Source of the DNA: the human T2T-CHM13v2.0 reference genome, Homo sapiens
DNA length: 64,000 bases
Assembly: GCF_009914755.1 (NCBI RefSeq)
Contig: NC_060928.1
Reading direction: 5' to 3' (one strand)
Shown here piece after piece: positions 13,856 to 28,839 of the stretch. The notes beneath the pieces were generated by a model. It had not been told where the DNA came from. It did no database searches and saw nothing but the letters and a program-made list of their open reading frames with translations. Made by a program: the position numbers and the translations under genes. Every line of letters begins with the position of its first letter. Position 1 is the first letter of the stretch.

Positions 13856-15139
13856 AGAATCCTTCCATGGGAAGGCATCAGAGGTGTCTTAGAGTGGCAG
13901 TGGACAGCAGCATCCATGCAGAAGGGGCAGCTTGTGGACAGAGTCACAGGCTGGTTAACTGGTGACAAATTCCTGAAGGTCCCTGACAAATTCAAGAAGA
14001 GCCTGTTCCCAGATCAGTGGGGTCTGGGTTTTGTGTTCACCTTTTCCCACTGCTCCAATGAGGCAGGACAGTGGGGCCAGATTGCATTCAACCATGGTCA
14101 AGGGCTCCCCTACAAGGTGGGGAGGACTAACTCCCTTCCCAGCCCAGGGACACAGAAGGTTAGAGCAGCCTGTCCAGTGGGAATTTGAGCTCAGACAAGG
14201 GAAGCCACTGTCTCAGAGTCACAGAGCAGGTCAGTGGCAGGCCCAGGTCCTGGATCCTCAAGCTCTTTGTCTCTGAAGAAATATTCCACCCCAGAGCATG
14301 AGAGTTATCTGAGCACTGACTCCCTGGCAGATGAGGTCATTTTGCCTGTTCTCTCTTTTCACCTTCATTGTGTGTGTGGTTTGTGTAAATATCCCCATCA
14401 TATGGTGGAAAACTTAGGCTCAGAGAGGGGCAAAGGCCTGTGCAAGGCTACAGAGCTCAGAAGTGGCTAAGCAGAAACAAGGACCAGACAGAATTTCCCT
14501 TGACTTTGCTGTGGTCCATCTGGAGGTGGGGCAATTTACTGGGGGACAAGAGGCCATCAGCAGCCCTCTTGGTGGCCATGTGGGCTCAGGGGAGATGTGC
14601 ATGTAGATGCTGGAGGCCATGATGTTTTCACCCTCGCTCATTTCTAAAGGGGCAAGAATCTTTGCATGGCACAGACCCCTCATTTGCCAAAATGACCCTC
14701 CCCTCCCTGCCTCTGGCCCCAGAGGTGAGTCACAGGTGGGTGAGGGTGGGGTCAGGCAAGGGCAAGGTGATGTTGCTAGCACACCCTTCAGGCCCTGCTT
14801 CAACCCACGACCCTTGGTCTAGACAGGACACTGGGTTTTTCAGGCAAAACCCAGATATATTGTATCAAAATTTGGATTTCAAATAATATTTTCAGGTGAT
14901 TCACATGCACACTGATAATTTTAACTGGCAGTAATTCTATAAATGAAAGGGAAAAGAATATATAGATATATTGATTGTCAAAAATGTACAGTAAAGACTA
15001 TGTTTCAATGCATATACATCTTATCTTACAAAAATAACTAAAAACAACAATAAAGAGGGGATAGGGAATGAGTTGAAGTAGAAATTAAACAGAAATAGGG
15101 CATAATTAGTAGATGTTGAGGCTGAGCATCATCTTATAC

Positions 15140-16106
15140 TGAAGGGGTGGCCTGCCCCTCCACACCTGTGGGTGTTTCTGGTCAGGTGGGATGAGAGACT
15201 GAGAAAAGAAAGAGACACAGAGACAAAGTATAGAGAAAGAAAAGTGGGCTCAGGGGACTGGCACTCAGCATACGGAGGACCAAGGCCAGCACAAGTCTCT
15301 GAGTTCCCTCAGTATTTATTGATCATTATCTCTACCATCTTGGAGGGGGATGTGGCAGGACAATAGGGTAATAGTTGGGAGAGGGTCAGCAGGAAAACAT
15401 GTGAACAAATGTCTCTGTATCATAAACAAGGTTAAGAAAAAGGTGCTGTGCTTTGATGTGCACATACGTAAACATCTCTGTGCATTAAAGAGCAGTATTG
15501 CCACCAGCATGTCTCACCTCCAGCCCTAAGGCGGTTTTCTCCTATCTCAGTATATGGAATATACAATTGGGTTTTACACTGAAACATTCCATTGCCCAGG
15601 GACAAGCAGGAGATAGATGCCTTCTTCTTATCTCAACTGCAAAGAGGCCTTCCTCTTTTACTAATCCTCCTCAGCACAGACCCTTTATGGGTGTTGGGCT
15701 GGTGGATGGTCAGGTCTTTCCCTTCCCATGAGGCCATATCTCAGGCTATCACATGGGGAGAAACCTTGGACGATACCTAGCTTTCCTAGGCAGAGGTCCC
15801 TGCAGCCTTCCACAGTGTTTTGTGTCCCTGGGTACTTGAGATTAGGGAGTGGTGATGACTTTAAACAAGCATGCTGCCTTCAAGCATTTGTTTAACAAAG
15901 CACATCCTGCGTAGCCCTCAATCCATTAAACCTTGAGTTGACACAGCACATGTTTCTGCAAGCACAGGGTTGGGGGTAGGGTTACAGATTAACAGCATCT
16001 CAAGGCAGAAGAATTTTTCTTAGTACAGAACAAAATGGAGTCTCTTATGTCTACTTCTTTCTACATAGACACAGTAACAGTCTGATCTCTCTTTTTTTCC
16101 CCCATA
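15140..16106 (-). mobile_element. HERV-K(HML-2) solo LTR, older LTR5A/B type, inserted in an old L1 3' end
   Basis: Minus strand starts tatgggggaaaaaaagagagatcagactgttactgtgtc and ends ggggcaggccaccccttca. Perfect 6-bp TSD TTATAC at 15134-15139 and 16107-16112. Confidence 0.95.
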
Positions 16107-17258
16107 TTATACTATTTTGGTTATTGTGTATAAGTTAAAATATTCTCTAATAAAACACTTGTATAAAAAGAAAAACTATAGCATTAGCTCTTAAGATCAT
16201 GATTAGGTTTGGGGAGGAGGAAAAAAGGAAGTGGTTTGTGGGCAAAAACAGGGGTAGTTCTATTCTATAGTTATGCAATGTATTAGTTTTGTTACAACTT
16301 ATTGAGCATTACATTAATATTTTATTGTGCATATATTTCTGTATGCGTGTTATACATCAATAAAATTTTAAATATTATTTAATCCTAACTTAATATTTCA
16401 GAATAATAGCAATGCTTGGTATTGTTTTGTTTGAAAGTGGGGCATTTACACTCAGGCATCATGAGATGGATACTAATATTCCAAGGTATTTACTCATGTC
16501 CTGACCCTTGGGCGTCCCCCTCAGTCTTTCATTTTTTATTTCAATTGAGTAAGTAACATGGTTTTAGTTTTGGGGAATGTAAATTTCTTACAGCAAAGTC
16601 CTTCCTCCACAACAATATTCACATAGCACAGTGGGCTGCACACAGTGTGCACTCAGTATGTGTGGAACTGGTTTGAATCAGGAACAAAACAAGTAGCAGA
16701 GGTCAGTTTTGCAAAGGATAGAATATGGGTAATACGAGTAAGACTGAAAGGCCACAACTCAACAGCAAACACGTTTTACATTAATTTGAGAAATATTTTC
16801 AACTGGTTCTCTGAAAGATGTTGGTTTACAGCAGACATTTTGGAGTATGGTTGCATATTGTAATCACCGGGAGAGCTTTAAATCACACTGCTGCCTGGGT
16901 CTCACTCTAGAGATTCTGGCTTAATTATTCCCTTGCAACTTGGGTTTGGGAACATTAAACAACACCACCCACATGCACAGCAGTTTATTCTAATGTGCAC
17001 CCAAGGGTGAGAAGCATTGATTCAGGGTCAGGAATGCATTGGTTGTGTGTGATTTCTATGTGTGCTCTAGGCATTTGCCATATAGCTGCTCCTAGATGGG
17101 GGTCTTAGAAAACATCTTGGCCCTTCAAAACATACTCTGCTGGTTGGCTAAATTGCAACAGGGAAAAATATCAGCAGCTCTATCTCTGTGTCACTTGCCT
17201 TCAGAGCAAAAGTTTTTTCAGGCACAGTAAGTTGATTTAGTCTGTATTAAAAATCACA

Positions 17259-17584
<326 letters not shown>

Positions 17585-18444
17585 CTACCAATACAGAATA
17601 ATGACACAAAGGGTTTGCAGATATGTGGAGTGCATTATAGGTGTTTTCATATTTATCCTATGATAAGAAATTAAAATGTAATGTTGGGCATTAATTTCCT
17701 ACACTCAATGCTTAGCCATTTCCTCAAATCATTTCCAGTTTTTCCAAGAGACTTCAGAAGCATTCCCTGGAGTGAATTATTTCCAATGGTGAAGAGTACT
17801 GGATGGATGGAATGAGATTCTCAAAAAAAAATCTTGCTTCTATTTCAGAAATGTAACTCTTTAGCCCCTTGAAGGACCAGGAAACCTGGCTGAGTAGTGT
17901 GGTCTATGGAGGTGCATGGGCTTCAGAGACAACGTTGATCCTGAGTCCAAGCCAGCTGCTTAGTAGATGTGGGAGAGTTTTATACTTACCTGCAAGAAAA
18001 GACAAAACAAAATTGATTGCAAAAACAGAAATTAAAAAAATTTTTCTTATTGTATTCATATTCTTGGAAATGGCTTTTATAGTGGTTCCCATCAACAGAC
18101 AGATTCTGTTTCCCAAACCTTGAATCTTCCTTATTTGCACAGGCCGAAGCTGTGCATATGACAGTGTGCCAGTTTGGGGCCCAGGCTCAAAAGGTCTTAA
18201 ATGCTTCTGTTATCTTTTTCAGAATTTTTCCATGTCCATGAAAACAAGCCCATTTTAGCTTTCTGTAGGATAAAATAGCATGCTGAGAAAAGCCAAAGTG
18301 CGCCAGTTTACAGACAGCTCACTCCCAGAAGCAGAGCCACCTAATTCACCAGCAGCTGACCACTCACACCTGAAGGAGCCAAACTGAGCCCAGAAGAATG
18401 GCCCAGCTAAGCCCAGCCTAAATTTCTAACCAGCTCAACCCCCG

Positions 18445-19035
18445 AGAGAGAAGGCAGTCGAGGCTGGTTAGGAAAATAGGGACGGAGGGTCTCGGGAGAG
18501 GAAAAGCACCTGTGGGACTGCACCTGCCCCGCCCCTGTAGCTAGTGGGAAGAAATGTGGTTAAGAACTTCCTCTTATGCCAGGATGTTGCTCAGATGGGA
18601 CTATCCCAGCTTAGACATAGGCAAAATAAATCAACCTAAATTTCCTTGTCTTCACCCAGCTCATTGTAAAGTCATTAACATGGTATTAGCATTGTGGTTT
18701 TAGCTTCTCCCCTGTAAGTTTCCCTTAGGCACTCATGGGTAATAACCAAAATGGAGTCACTGTGGTCAACCCCAGGCATGCGCAGATGCAACACCCTTGG
18801 TGGGGAACTTGACCCGTCCCATTTGGGTAGAACCCACAGAAGACTTCCTCGTTCTTGCCACATAAAAGACCCAGAACTCAGCCCCATTTCTGGCAACCTG
18901 CTTTCAGGTCCCCTCTTGCTGCTGAGAGCTTTCCTTTTGCTTAATAAATCCTACTCTGCTTTCTCACTCTCTGGTGTCCATGTGCCTCATTTTTCCAGGT
19001 CATGGGACGAGAGCCTGAACCTGGCTGAACTGAGG
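18445..19035 (+). mobile_element. Probable solo LTR (ERVL-like, family not assigned)
   Basis: LTR layout: cataaaa TATA-like box at ~18861, aataaa at ~18943, U5-like tail; boundaries approximate. Confidence 0.55.
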
Positions 19036-19239
19036 AGACCACCACACCAGCACCAAAGAGCAACTAGGAGACCGTGATATTCACGTGGACACTCTCAGCT
19101 TGCAGCCTCTGCTCTCTCTAGGGGCACTGTCCCACCCACCCTTGAGCCTGAGAAGAAAAGTTGGTAGAGAGGTTGTTCCCTCACTTCCAACAGAAAAGAG
19201 GTGTCCAGGCCCTCAATTCCCTGAGGTTAGAGCCCTCAT

Positions 19240-19520
19240 GGCTGCACTCAATGTGGTGGCCACCTGCCATATGTAGCTACTGAGTACCTGGAATGTGGCT
19301 GGTTTGAAGTAATATGTGCTGCAAACAAAAAATGCACAGTGAGTTTAGAAGAATTAGACCAGAAATATACTTTATTTCTAATTATATATTGATCATGTAT
19401 TAAAACAATAATATTTTGGATACAATAGGTTACAATTATCATAAACAATTTCACTTGTTTATTTTTATTAGTTTGGATGTGGCCAATGAAAAATTGTAAA
19501 TTCACAAATAGCCAACATTT
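19240..19520 (+). mobile_element. MER33/MER3-like hAT DNA transposon fossil
   Basis: gtggccacctgccatatgtagctactgagtacctggaatgtggct…aatttcacttgtttattttt…gtggccaatgaaaaatt. Confidence 0.7.
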
Positions 19521-20118
19521 TATTTTTTAGAGACTTGCTTCTCTCTTCAAATCTCAGGTGTCCTACTCAAAAGACCAGAGGCCAGAAAGGTTATGAGATC
19601 TAAAATTTTAAAATAATTGTGATTATATTGTTTCCGTTTGTGAACAAGTGTGTCTGTGTGTGCGTGCGCGTGCGTGCACAATTTATAAACGGACGTAACC
19701 TCACACAACAGAAGTTTAAAAATGAACCCCCAACAGAGCCAGGCCTAGCACAGAAAGCCCTGCCTGAAAGTACCTGGAGACACGAGTCTGTCAGTCTTGC
19801 CTCATTAAGTGTATGGTCGAATTTCTGTCACTCGAATTCTGTCACTCAAAGCTTGAGGGCGTAGAGCTAGTAGTTGTATCCAATGAGGGCGCTGGACTGA
19901 GAACTGCCCAATCAGGCAAAGGAGGGGGCGGCATCCGGGATCTGGCGCCGCTTTTGCGTCAGGCTTCTGCCTGAGCTCGGTTAGGGCCTCACCGACCTGC
20001 TTCCACCCCTCAGGGAGGCCTCAGTGATTCGGCCACAGCCTCAGCCTCCGTCGCTCTGTGACCTGCGGGTATTGGATGATTCGTAGCTAAGACTCTACGA
20101 CATCCCTGAAGCCGGGAA

Positions 20119-20121
20119 ATG
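20119..20121 (+). CDS. Exon 1 coding part (ATG only)
   Basis: gaagccgggaaATG|gtgagt is the typical ZNF91-family first exon end. Confidence 0.9.
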
Positions 20122-20267
20122 GTGAGTGTGCCGGGCAGGGCGTCCGGAGGCGACGTGGCGGGGAGGCCTTATCGGAACCAGCGGGAAATGGCGGCAGCGG
20201 TACCCAGTCTGCGAACGGAGTCCCCGCTGCCGCCGCTCAGCCCTCGGTCCTCAGTCCCCTCCGGTGA

Positions 20268-20309
20268 GGGACCCGCGCTCCTGTCGGGGGACCCGCGCTC
20301 CTGTCGGGG
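20268..20309. repeat. 20-bp tandem duplication in the CpG island
   Basis: gggacccgcgctcctgtcgg occurs twice. Confidence 0.92.
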
Positions 20310-20699
20310 TCCCCGCAAGGCTGCTCTGGCCCAGCCTGCAGCCCTCCTTGTGCAGTTTTGCGCCCGCAGCCCCGCACCTTCCCCGGGCTGTGGGGTGAGG
20401 AGTAGCTCATCTGGAAGACGCCTGCGTCGCGTGCGCGATGCCGGAGTGGGAGCAGCTGTGGTCCGGGGGGGTCCTATCCCTACTTGACCCTGTTCGGAAT
20501 GAGATCGAGGCCCCATCAAAACATAAGAGTTCATGTGAGCAAATGGGGACTCATTAACGGGACAGCGCAGGCCTTGGCTCATGGTTTGAGGACTGCCAGC
20601 GGGTCTTGAAGGAAAGGCTTTTGTGAGGTGTGTGAGGAAGCAAAGCAAATCACCCGCCCTCTCTAACTTGCCCACCAGTCCCCTTGCCCTGTGCGCCTC

Positions 20700-21030
20700 C
20701 TCCTCGTGGCTGTTCCTGAGTAGCATCTTTTAGAATACGCTAGTGTGTGCGCGCACAGCGCTTCGCTGAGTTCTGTGAGTAGTTCTGCCACATTATTGAA
20801 CTTGAGGAGGGTGTGGGCGCCCCTGGTTTGTAGACAGGTGTTCAGAAATGAAGACGGGTGTCCAGAGGCAGGGACTGGCGTCTGCAGGAGGGCAGCTGTA
20901 GGAAGAGCGCTGAGCTTGTGGGGTCAGCACTGACTCTGGGTAGTGTCATTAGTGAGTTGCTGGACACCCCGTTGGGGTTGGAGCATTGACTGGTGTTGAG
21001 GAAACTCCGCAAGTTTTTTTGTCAGAAGAA
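20700..21030 (+). mobile_element. MER21-like LTR fragment
   Basis: ctgagttctgtgagtagttct…attattgaacttgagg…ggacacccc…gtcagaag. Confidence 0.55.
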
Positions 21031-22794
21031 AGACATGGCTGAGCCTGGGCTGGGGGGAGTCGCAGGTGTCCGCGGGAGACCTGACCGGGTTCTGCACATG
21101 CACTGTCCTGCTGCGCACTGTCCTGTTCCTCCAGGTCTCCTCCCGGGTAGAGAGGGCACTGAGAACTTGGAGGAAAGGAGTTCTGAGAAACATCCCTTCC
21201 CCGCACCCTGCTGCCGGCTGCCACCCAATGCTAACCCGCTCCTGAGCACGCCCACTGGGCATTCGCATGGCCACACGCGTCCTAGGACAGGGTTCTACCC
21301 TCAGGAATTGTGGCCATGGCAGCTTTGCTCCTACAGTTTTCTCCTAAGAATACACACAGTGCCCAGAAGACTCCACGCTCATCTCAACCCCAGATCTGCA
21401 GCAGGAATCTGTTTTCTTCACCTACCCAGGCTTCTGGACCACCTGATCCTAATCTCCTCTGCCTTTATGGACTCAGGAATCAGTCAGAGCGTAGTCTTGC
21501 CTGGGCCTGTACCTGTAGCACAAACCAGTCCTTTCATCAATCCTGCCCTGCCCCCACCCAAGGCTCTTGATAGCTCCTTTCTCTCTTATGCTCTTTTCTT
21601 ACCCACAAATCCTCTTTCCTGTGCACACAGTTTGCTCAAGTGCATCCCTCATGTGCTACAAGAATTCAGATGTTAGTGAGTTCAAGACCATGCCTTTAGA
21701 CTTGCCTGTTGTAGGACCAAATACAAATTAGAAGAGGCTTAATGCTTTCTCTTTAGAATGAGGGAAGAATTTTTGCTCTTCTCCCTTTTCTTAAAGCATT
21801 TAGTTTGAAAACTTTTATATTTAAACATTTTCTCTGCTTCTTTGAAAAATATGTAAATCATTTTTGTCAGTTAACTAGGTCATTTGTCTTTTTTGACTCA
21901 AAACTGTCTTTAGGACCTGGGAACTATTGCTAGGAAATGCGAATAGCAAGGATATACACCCTATGCCACAGTTTCTGTAGGCGAGTAGGAGGCTGCCTTC
22001 AGCAGGTACCTGGCTCCACATTTCAAAACTATGTCCTATCATGAAGATATGGGAAGTGTTTGTTTTTTTGTTGTTGTTTGTTTTTAATATTACCAATTAG
22101 AAAACCCAGATGACCTCCCAAATTAGTTGACGTTATTATAAACTGTGTATGACAAATGGTGCTGTCATGTCTTGTACTTGAGTACTAACGGTGACGTTCT
22201 TTCTGTATTTGCAATCTATTAGTAGATTGCCTGTGATGTACATCATATTTTGGTTTAATTAAATAACAAATCATTATCTTGCTCTAATATTATTTTGGAG
22301 AGTATTTTAGGATTGGAGATGATTTTGCTTTTAGTTATATTTTCCAAACACTGTCCAGAATTACCAGATGGTATACACAAAGTGCCCACCAGGCTTCCCT
22401 TTAGAGAAAACCTTCCTTCTAAGGATTCCAGCCACAATCCACAATTTTGTGGCAAAGTGCAGCAAAGTGCTCCACAAATCTGCAAACAAAAAGGTTTCTC
22501 TATTTGGGATCTACAGTCATTTCTAGAGCAGTTAGACTATATTTCTACAAAAATAACTTTTCAGGACAGCCATCAGTTATTCCACTTCCGTGTGTGCTCC
22601 TGGCATCTTCAGATCTGACACTGGTTCAGACATCATGGGGCCCATACACCCAACCAGGATCACACATGTGCATTGATTAAACCTGATAACTTCAATTCTG
22701 TCCCTTCTCCCCTTGCCCAAATGCCCACAAATGTCCATAGCTCACCAGCCCTCCAGGACCTAAATGTGCAGTTCCAAATTCTGAATTTATGTCC

Positions 22795-23236
22795 TGGGAT
22801 TTGAGAGAAAAACAGCACTTTTATCTGAGAAATACAAGTTCTTTTAATTATCAGACCCAGAGACTTGTTAAAATGAGACCACAGTCCTACTGTTCCCCTC
22901 TTTGAACTATTTGTTTTTTGAAATTCCTTGCTATTGCCATCAGTGGCTATAAAGTAACCTAATAATACCACAATGGACACTATAACCCACACTCTGTGGC
23001 TTAACATATATAGCCAGCCACTAACCAATTTTAATTCTATAAATCAATAGGAATGTCTAACAACTTTGTATCAGTCTCCTCTCTGCCTTCTTTTTTGCCT
23101 TTAAAAATACACTTGTAACTGCTTCTAATTGGAGTGTATATTCAGGGCAGCTATATACCCCAAGGTTGCAATCTTCAAGCTTTGGCCCAAATAAACTCTC
23201 TACTTATTTACCCCAGCTTTTTCCTTTTAGGTCGAA
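22795..23236 (+). mobile_element. MER4-group LTR (MER93-like)
   Basis: ttttatctgag…aattatcagacccagagac…caagctttggcccaaataaactctc…ttttaggtcg. Confidence 0.55.
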
Positions 23237-25660
23237 ATATTCTTCAGAATGTGTTGAAGGAGCCTCCATGAGAGGCTCTCTCTGGTTTTACTCTGTTTGC
23301 TGTAATCCCCAAGAATGCAGAGGCGCATTGATCCCACCTAGCATCTGCACATAAAAGCTGGCTTCTGCCTAGGAGTCACAAGACAGGGCCAGATTTTGGG
23401 TTGAAGACATACAGAAAACTCACAGAAGGCATTTTCTGCATCATGAAAAGTCAACATAGTCTTCTTAAACCCCACTTTCAGAGTGGAGTCTTTGAGTTTT
23501 CCAGGTCTTGTCACCTGTGTGAGAGGCTTCTGGTGTGAACAGAATCCTGTGGCAGAATCTGTAGGTGTTAACACGCACCTTAGCAGTGAGAGGTCAGGGC
23601 CACAAAATATACAGAGCCATAATCACAACCATAATCACAAGTATGCCATCCTGTATACTGGGGTACTGGAGTACTTTCATCTTTCCTCTTGTCTCAGAGT
23701 TAGCTGATCAGGGACAGTGCACATCACATCTGGATCCAGGATCTGCAGCTCTACCAGGGCAGTTCTGTTTTCTGTTTGCACTCCACAAAGTCAGCCTCAG
23801 TCTCTCCTGCCTGGATCACTATGGGGGGCTTCAGCCCAGGGTCACTGAGGACACTCTCACCAGCATCAGTGAGTTATTTGAGACATTTGAGGATGTCCAA
23901 AGCAGACTGGGGTCAGTCTGACAAGAAAGTCTAATTCTGGTTCCATTTCAGAGAAAGAGAAATGACTTATCAAGGGTTTGTTCCTCCCCTCACAGAAAGA
24001 ATCTCATTGGTTCATAACCAGATAAGAGTTGTTCCAGTTTTCTGGTTCTGGAGACTCAAACTGATTAATAAGCTAATTGCTTCTATTTTATATGGTCATT
24101 AGAAAAAGAGACGAAGCAGTTGTGGTCCCTCCCATCAAGGAACTTGCAGTCCAGAGCACATGAATAAATGGTTGAATTCAGCATCATGTGTTCAGTACAG
24201 AGACAGAAACTGCATAGGAAGCTTAAGCTTCATTTGCATTACTTCCCTTTTGTTATTTTGTAAGTTTTGATCCCTCCACCTGAAGGGCTATTCTGGACAG
24301 AAGAGAAGTTGTTATTATTTGTATTGTTTTTAGCTTGCTAAGAATAAGTATTTAGCTTCTAATATAATTGGTCTAGAAAAACATAAGGGTTTTGGTTAAA
24401 TTCCTTCTTATTGTATGTTGTAATATAGACAGGGAAGTGTCTAAAATAGATTAAAATTACACAAACTCTGGGAATAAAATCTCTCTTGGGCAGGCTTAGG
24501 AAAAACAAAACTGAAAATATTTAGTGGCCTAGAGAGCAGAAGCCTAGGACCCACCTTCTATCCCAACCCTGCCCAGATCCACCCTCTGCTGAATCTTGTC
24601 CAGGTCTAATCCACACTGAAATCTCTCACAGAACTGCTTAGAGGAGATAAGAGTTTGGGGTGGCTACTCCTACTGCCTCTCCAGAGCTGGTGCTCCCAAT
24701 TTCCTGAAACACAAAAGCAGATAAATGGGGAAAATCCTAGGAATTACGGGACACTTAGTACCCATCTCCCAGGATGTTATGAGAATTAACACACATACTG
24801 TGAGCCTCCCAGCAGAGTGCTCTGTGACATACTTCTGCACACATAGTACATGCTCCATAAAGATCACATTAATGCATGTGCACATGTTTTTCAAATGCAG
24901 ACTTACTCAGACGTTTCCACCATCTCCAGCCTCTGTAACCTTTGAAGGGCCTGCAGAGAATGCCATGTTTCAGGATGACGATTGGTGGTCTTCAGATGAA
25001 AAGTATTTGTGTTGGGGTAAGGGACCCTGTGTGCTGTGCCTGCTTACTCTAGCTGAGTGGTACTATAATGGATCTAGGGGGAGGAATATCAGCATTAACA
25101 GGAGACTTGCTATAAGAAGCTATATAATTCATGGACCCTTTTCAAACCTGCAGAATTTTGTCACAGTGAGGCCTAGAATAGCAAATAATTTATACGCACA
25201 TTGAAGCTTGAAAGCCAGTGCTTAGCTAAGTGACTCTCAGCTGAGTCTTCTAATAGTATCACATGGACTGTTTGAAGAGAAACAGTCACTTGTTCCCTCC
25301 CCACAGATCCTGTCTATTGTTCTGGGTGGAAACATCCCTGTTTTTTAAACTAAAACATGATTCTACAGTGAGGGCAGGGTCAAGCATGAGGGCTTCCAGA
25401 TACTTTAATGAGTGGTGAGTTTACCCTTTGTTCCAGGAAGTCACAGGGTCTACTCTGCTTGGTTTTGGTAGCAGCAGGTCAGTGTAGCCCATATTTCCAT
25501 TGCAGCAACAGTAATTGCTCGCGTGCCATCATTTTTCCTAAGAGTTATAGAATACTTTAGAGAACATGACTGTGTTGAAAGTTATTTTATCAGATAATTA
25601 CAGTCAGAACTAGCTCCCTTAACTCATTTCTCCTGTAGTCAATTTAAGAACTCTGTCACT

Positions 25661-26138
<478 letters not shown>

Positions 26139-26633
26139 TAATTCCTAATATTCCCTCAGAGTTTTATTTTTTTTCCTTTGTAGAATGTTTCTTGGGAGCT
26201 TCTGCTTTGCGTGAATTAATTTCACCTTGTTTCTTCATGAAAAAATTGGGAGTCTGCTGGTGTAAAAAAAATCTTTAAGATGTTTCATCTTTACCTAAAC
26301 CTTCTCTTTTATTGAGGGAATTTTTGTCCTTCACTCTAGATTAGTGGTAATTTTATAAATTCAGTGTTGTAAAATATCGTTTTCCACATCTTAAAATCCA
26401 ATTTGTACCAATTTACCAATTTTTTTTATTCAGTAGTACTGGGTAGTGGAACTTAGAACCCACAGATTTGAAACACTTAAATATTCTAAAGAGCCTATCA
26501 GGAAACAATTTTTGGATTAATTTTTTAGAATCTTCCATAATTTCTCTTTTCTTCTTAGCATAGTACTAGGTTGGTAATTGGAGAATCTTCAGCAGTAGTC
26601 ACGTTATTTTATCTTATTTTTTAAATAAAACAG

Positions 26634-26729
26634 GTGTTGCTCTCTTTAACTCAGACCTGATCACCTGTTTGGAGCAAAGAAAAGAGCCCTTTAATGGGAA
26701 GACACATGAGACAGTAGCCAAAGCCCCAG
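26634..26729 (+). CDS. KRAB-B exon (96 bp)
   Basis: aaacag|GTGTTG…CCAG|gtaggt; encodes (G)[31 protein letters not shown]. Confidence 0.95.
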
Positions 26730-26911
26730 GTAGGTGAGAGTGAATGAAGGAGAGGACACAGGCAAGGGGACCAAAGGTGATGAAGGAAGTCAGGCCTTAA
26801 AATGTACTTTGGAAAGCACTTCTTCAATGCAAATAATTTCTGAAAAGGCTGCATTTTTTCTCATGTTCACAAATAGGGGCATCTTCAGCCCCATGCTGTT
26901 AAATCTTCTAA

Positions 26912-27215
<304 letters not shown>

Positions 27216-28001
27216 CCTCTTTTTTCTTTAGAGATCTCCCTTCAAGTTTACAGGGATAGCCAATGTCTACTTTATCACTTATAAGGGGCTGCATGATCTC
27301 ACTGCTGTTCCATTGCTTTTGGAAATATAGGAATAATTGTGTTATTGAGGAGCTCTATGTTAACGTATTTTTTTCAAATATTGATTTTGTATCATGCCTA
27401 AATATGTAAGGCAAGTAGTGGACATATTGGAATTTGGTTCAGAAATCCCAGGAACACTAGGGACAGATGTTGCACCTTTTCTGCTTAGTGATTTTTAATC
27501 CTGTTGCAAATGTAATTCTACAAAAATTCTTTCTTAGCAATTTTATAAGAATGATAAGCATTTTCCTAAATATGAAAAATGTATTGTTGATTGTACTTCA
27601 AAATGTTATTGATTTAGTATAAACTGAGATTTGTAATTTAAACTCTAGATGTGTAAATTTTCAAATTATAATATAGTTTAAAGCATGGTTTTCCAACCTT
27701 TTGGCTTCCCTGGGCCACATTGGAAGCAGAATTATCTTGGGCCACACATAAAATACACTAACACTAATGATAACTGATGAACTTTAAAAAAAATTTCATA
27801 AATAATTTTTATGATAGCTACTGCAACAGATAAGTGAAATGTTCTTACATTCATAGCATTGGGCACCACTTGATTAAAGTATCTACTCACCTTCAAGATT
27901 TCTTAAATGCACTGTCATTAACTAGCTTAGAACACTGCTAAGTGTATATTATTATTTCTTAATAACTATTATCTTATACTTTTAGTAAGAAGCCTACTGG
28001 G

Positions 28002-28307
28002 GGCCAGGCGCAGTCGCTCACGCCTGTAATCCCAGCACTTTGGGAGGCTGAAGTGGGTGGATCACCTGAGGTCAGGAGTTCAAGACCAGCCTGGCCAACA
28101 TGGCAAAACCCCATCTCTACTAAAATTGCAAAAATTAGCTGGGCGTGGTGGCAGGCACCTGTAATCCCAGCTACTCGGGAGGCTGAGGTGGGAGAATCGC
28201 TGAACCCGGGAGGCCGAGGTTGCAGTGAGCCGAGATGGCGCCATTGCACTCCAGCCTGGGCAACAGAGTGAGACTCCGTCTCAAAAAAAAAAAAAAAAAA
28301 AAAAAAA
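28002..28307 (+). mobile_element. AluSx-like
   Basis: Full Alu, long A tail, TSD aagaagcctactggg. Confidence 0.93.
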
Positions 28308-28484
28308 GAAGCCTACTGGGGTTTCATCATTGAGATCTATTGATATCTATATAAAAATGTGGGTCTCACACATACACCCACCCATATAAGTTATATATGT
28401 GTATTGTAAATTCTCACTTAACATTGTTGATAGTTTCATGGAAACTGTAAGTGAAGCAACATATTGTTTAAGAAAACTAATTTT

Positions 28485-28700
28485 GGCTCAGCACGGTGGC
28501 TCACACCTGTAATCCCAGAACTTTGGGAGACCGAGGTGGGTGGATCATGAGGTTAGGAGTTTGAGACCAGCGTGGCCAACATGGTGAAACCCCATCTGTA
28601 CTAAAGATACAAAAAATTAGCCGGGTGTGGTGGCATGCACCTGTAATCCCAGCTACTCAGGAGGCTGAGGCAGGAGAATCGCTTAAACCCAGAGGCAGAA
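28485..28700 (+). mobile_element. 3'-truncated AluS
   Basis: Alu sequence ends at cccagaggcaga. Confidence 0.88.
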
Positions 28701-28839
28701 TTACTATAGTTGAATTGATAGAAACAAGGTTATGTTTGAATGTCATATACCGACATTGTTTTATTTAAAGACGCAGTTTTCAAGAACCTATTTTGAACAT
28801 TGAGTACTTACTGTACATCTGTGTTTGTGTGACATGGAT

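Larger units (their letters stand above)
19870..20480 (+). promoter_or_regulatory. CpG-island promoter of the KRAB-ZNF gene
   Basis: CCAAT boxes at 19880 and 19908, GC box gggggcgg at 19924-19931, dense CpG to ~20480, and a YY1-like AAATGGCGGC at 20186-20195. Confidence 0.85.

Noticed and set aside
13603-13995. His/Thr-rich 130-aa ORF
   Set aside because: Translation of the (CA)n/(GTCACA)n microsatellite.
17700-18170. Possible minus-strand exon (ttttcttgcag|gtaagt at ~17985-18000)
   Set aside because: Acceptor and donor motifs overlap with no coding evidence; cannot be supported.
20119-21676. Long ORFs (122, 185 and 227 aa) around exon 1
   Set aside because: CpG-island and intron read-through; the ATG is followed directly by a strong splice donor.
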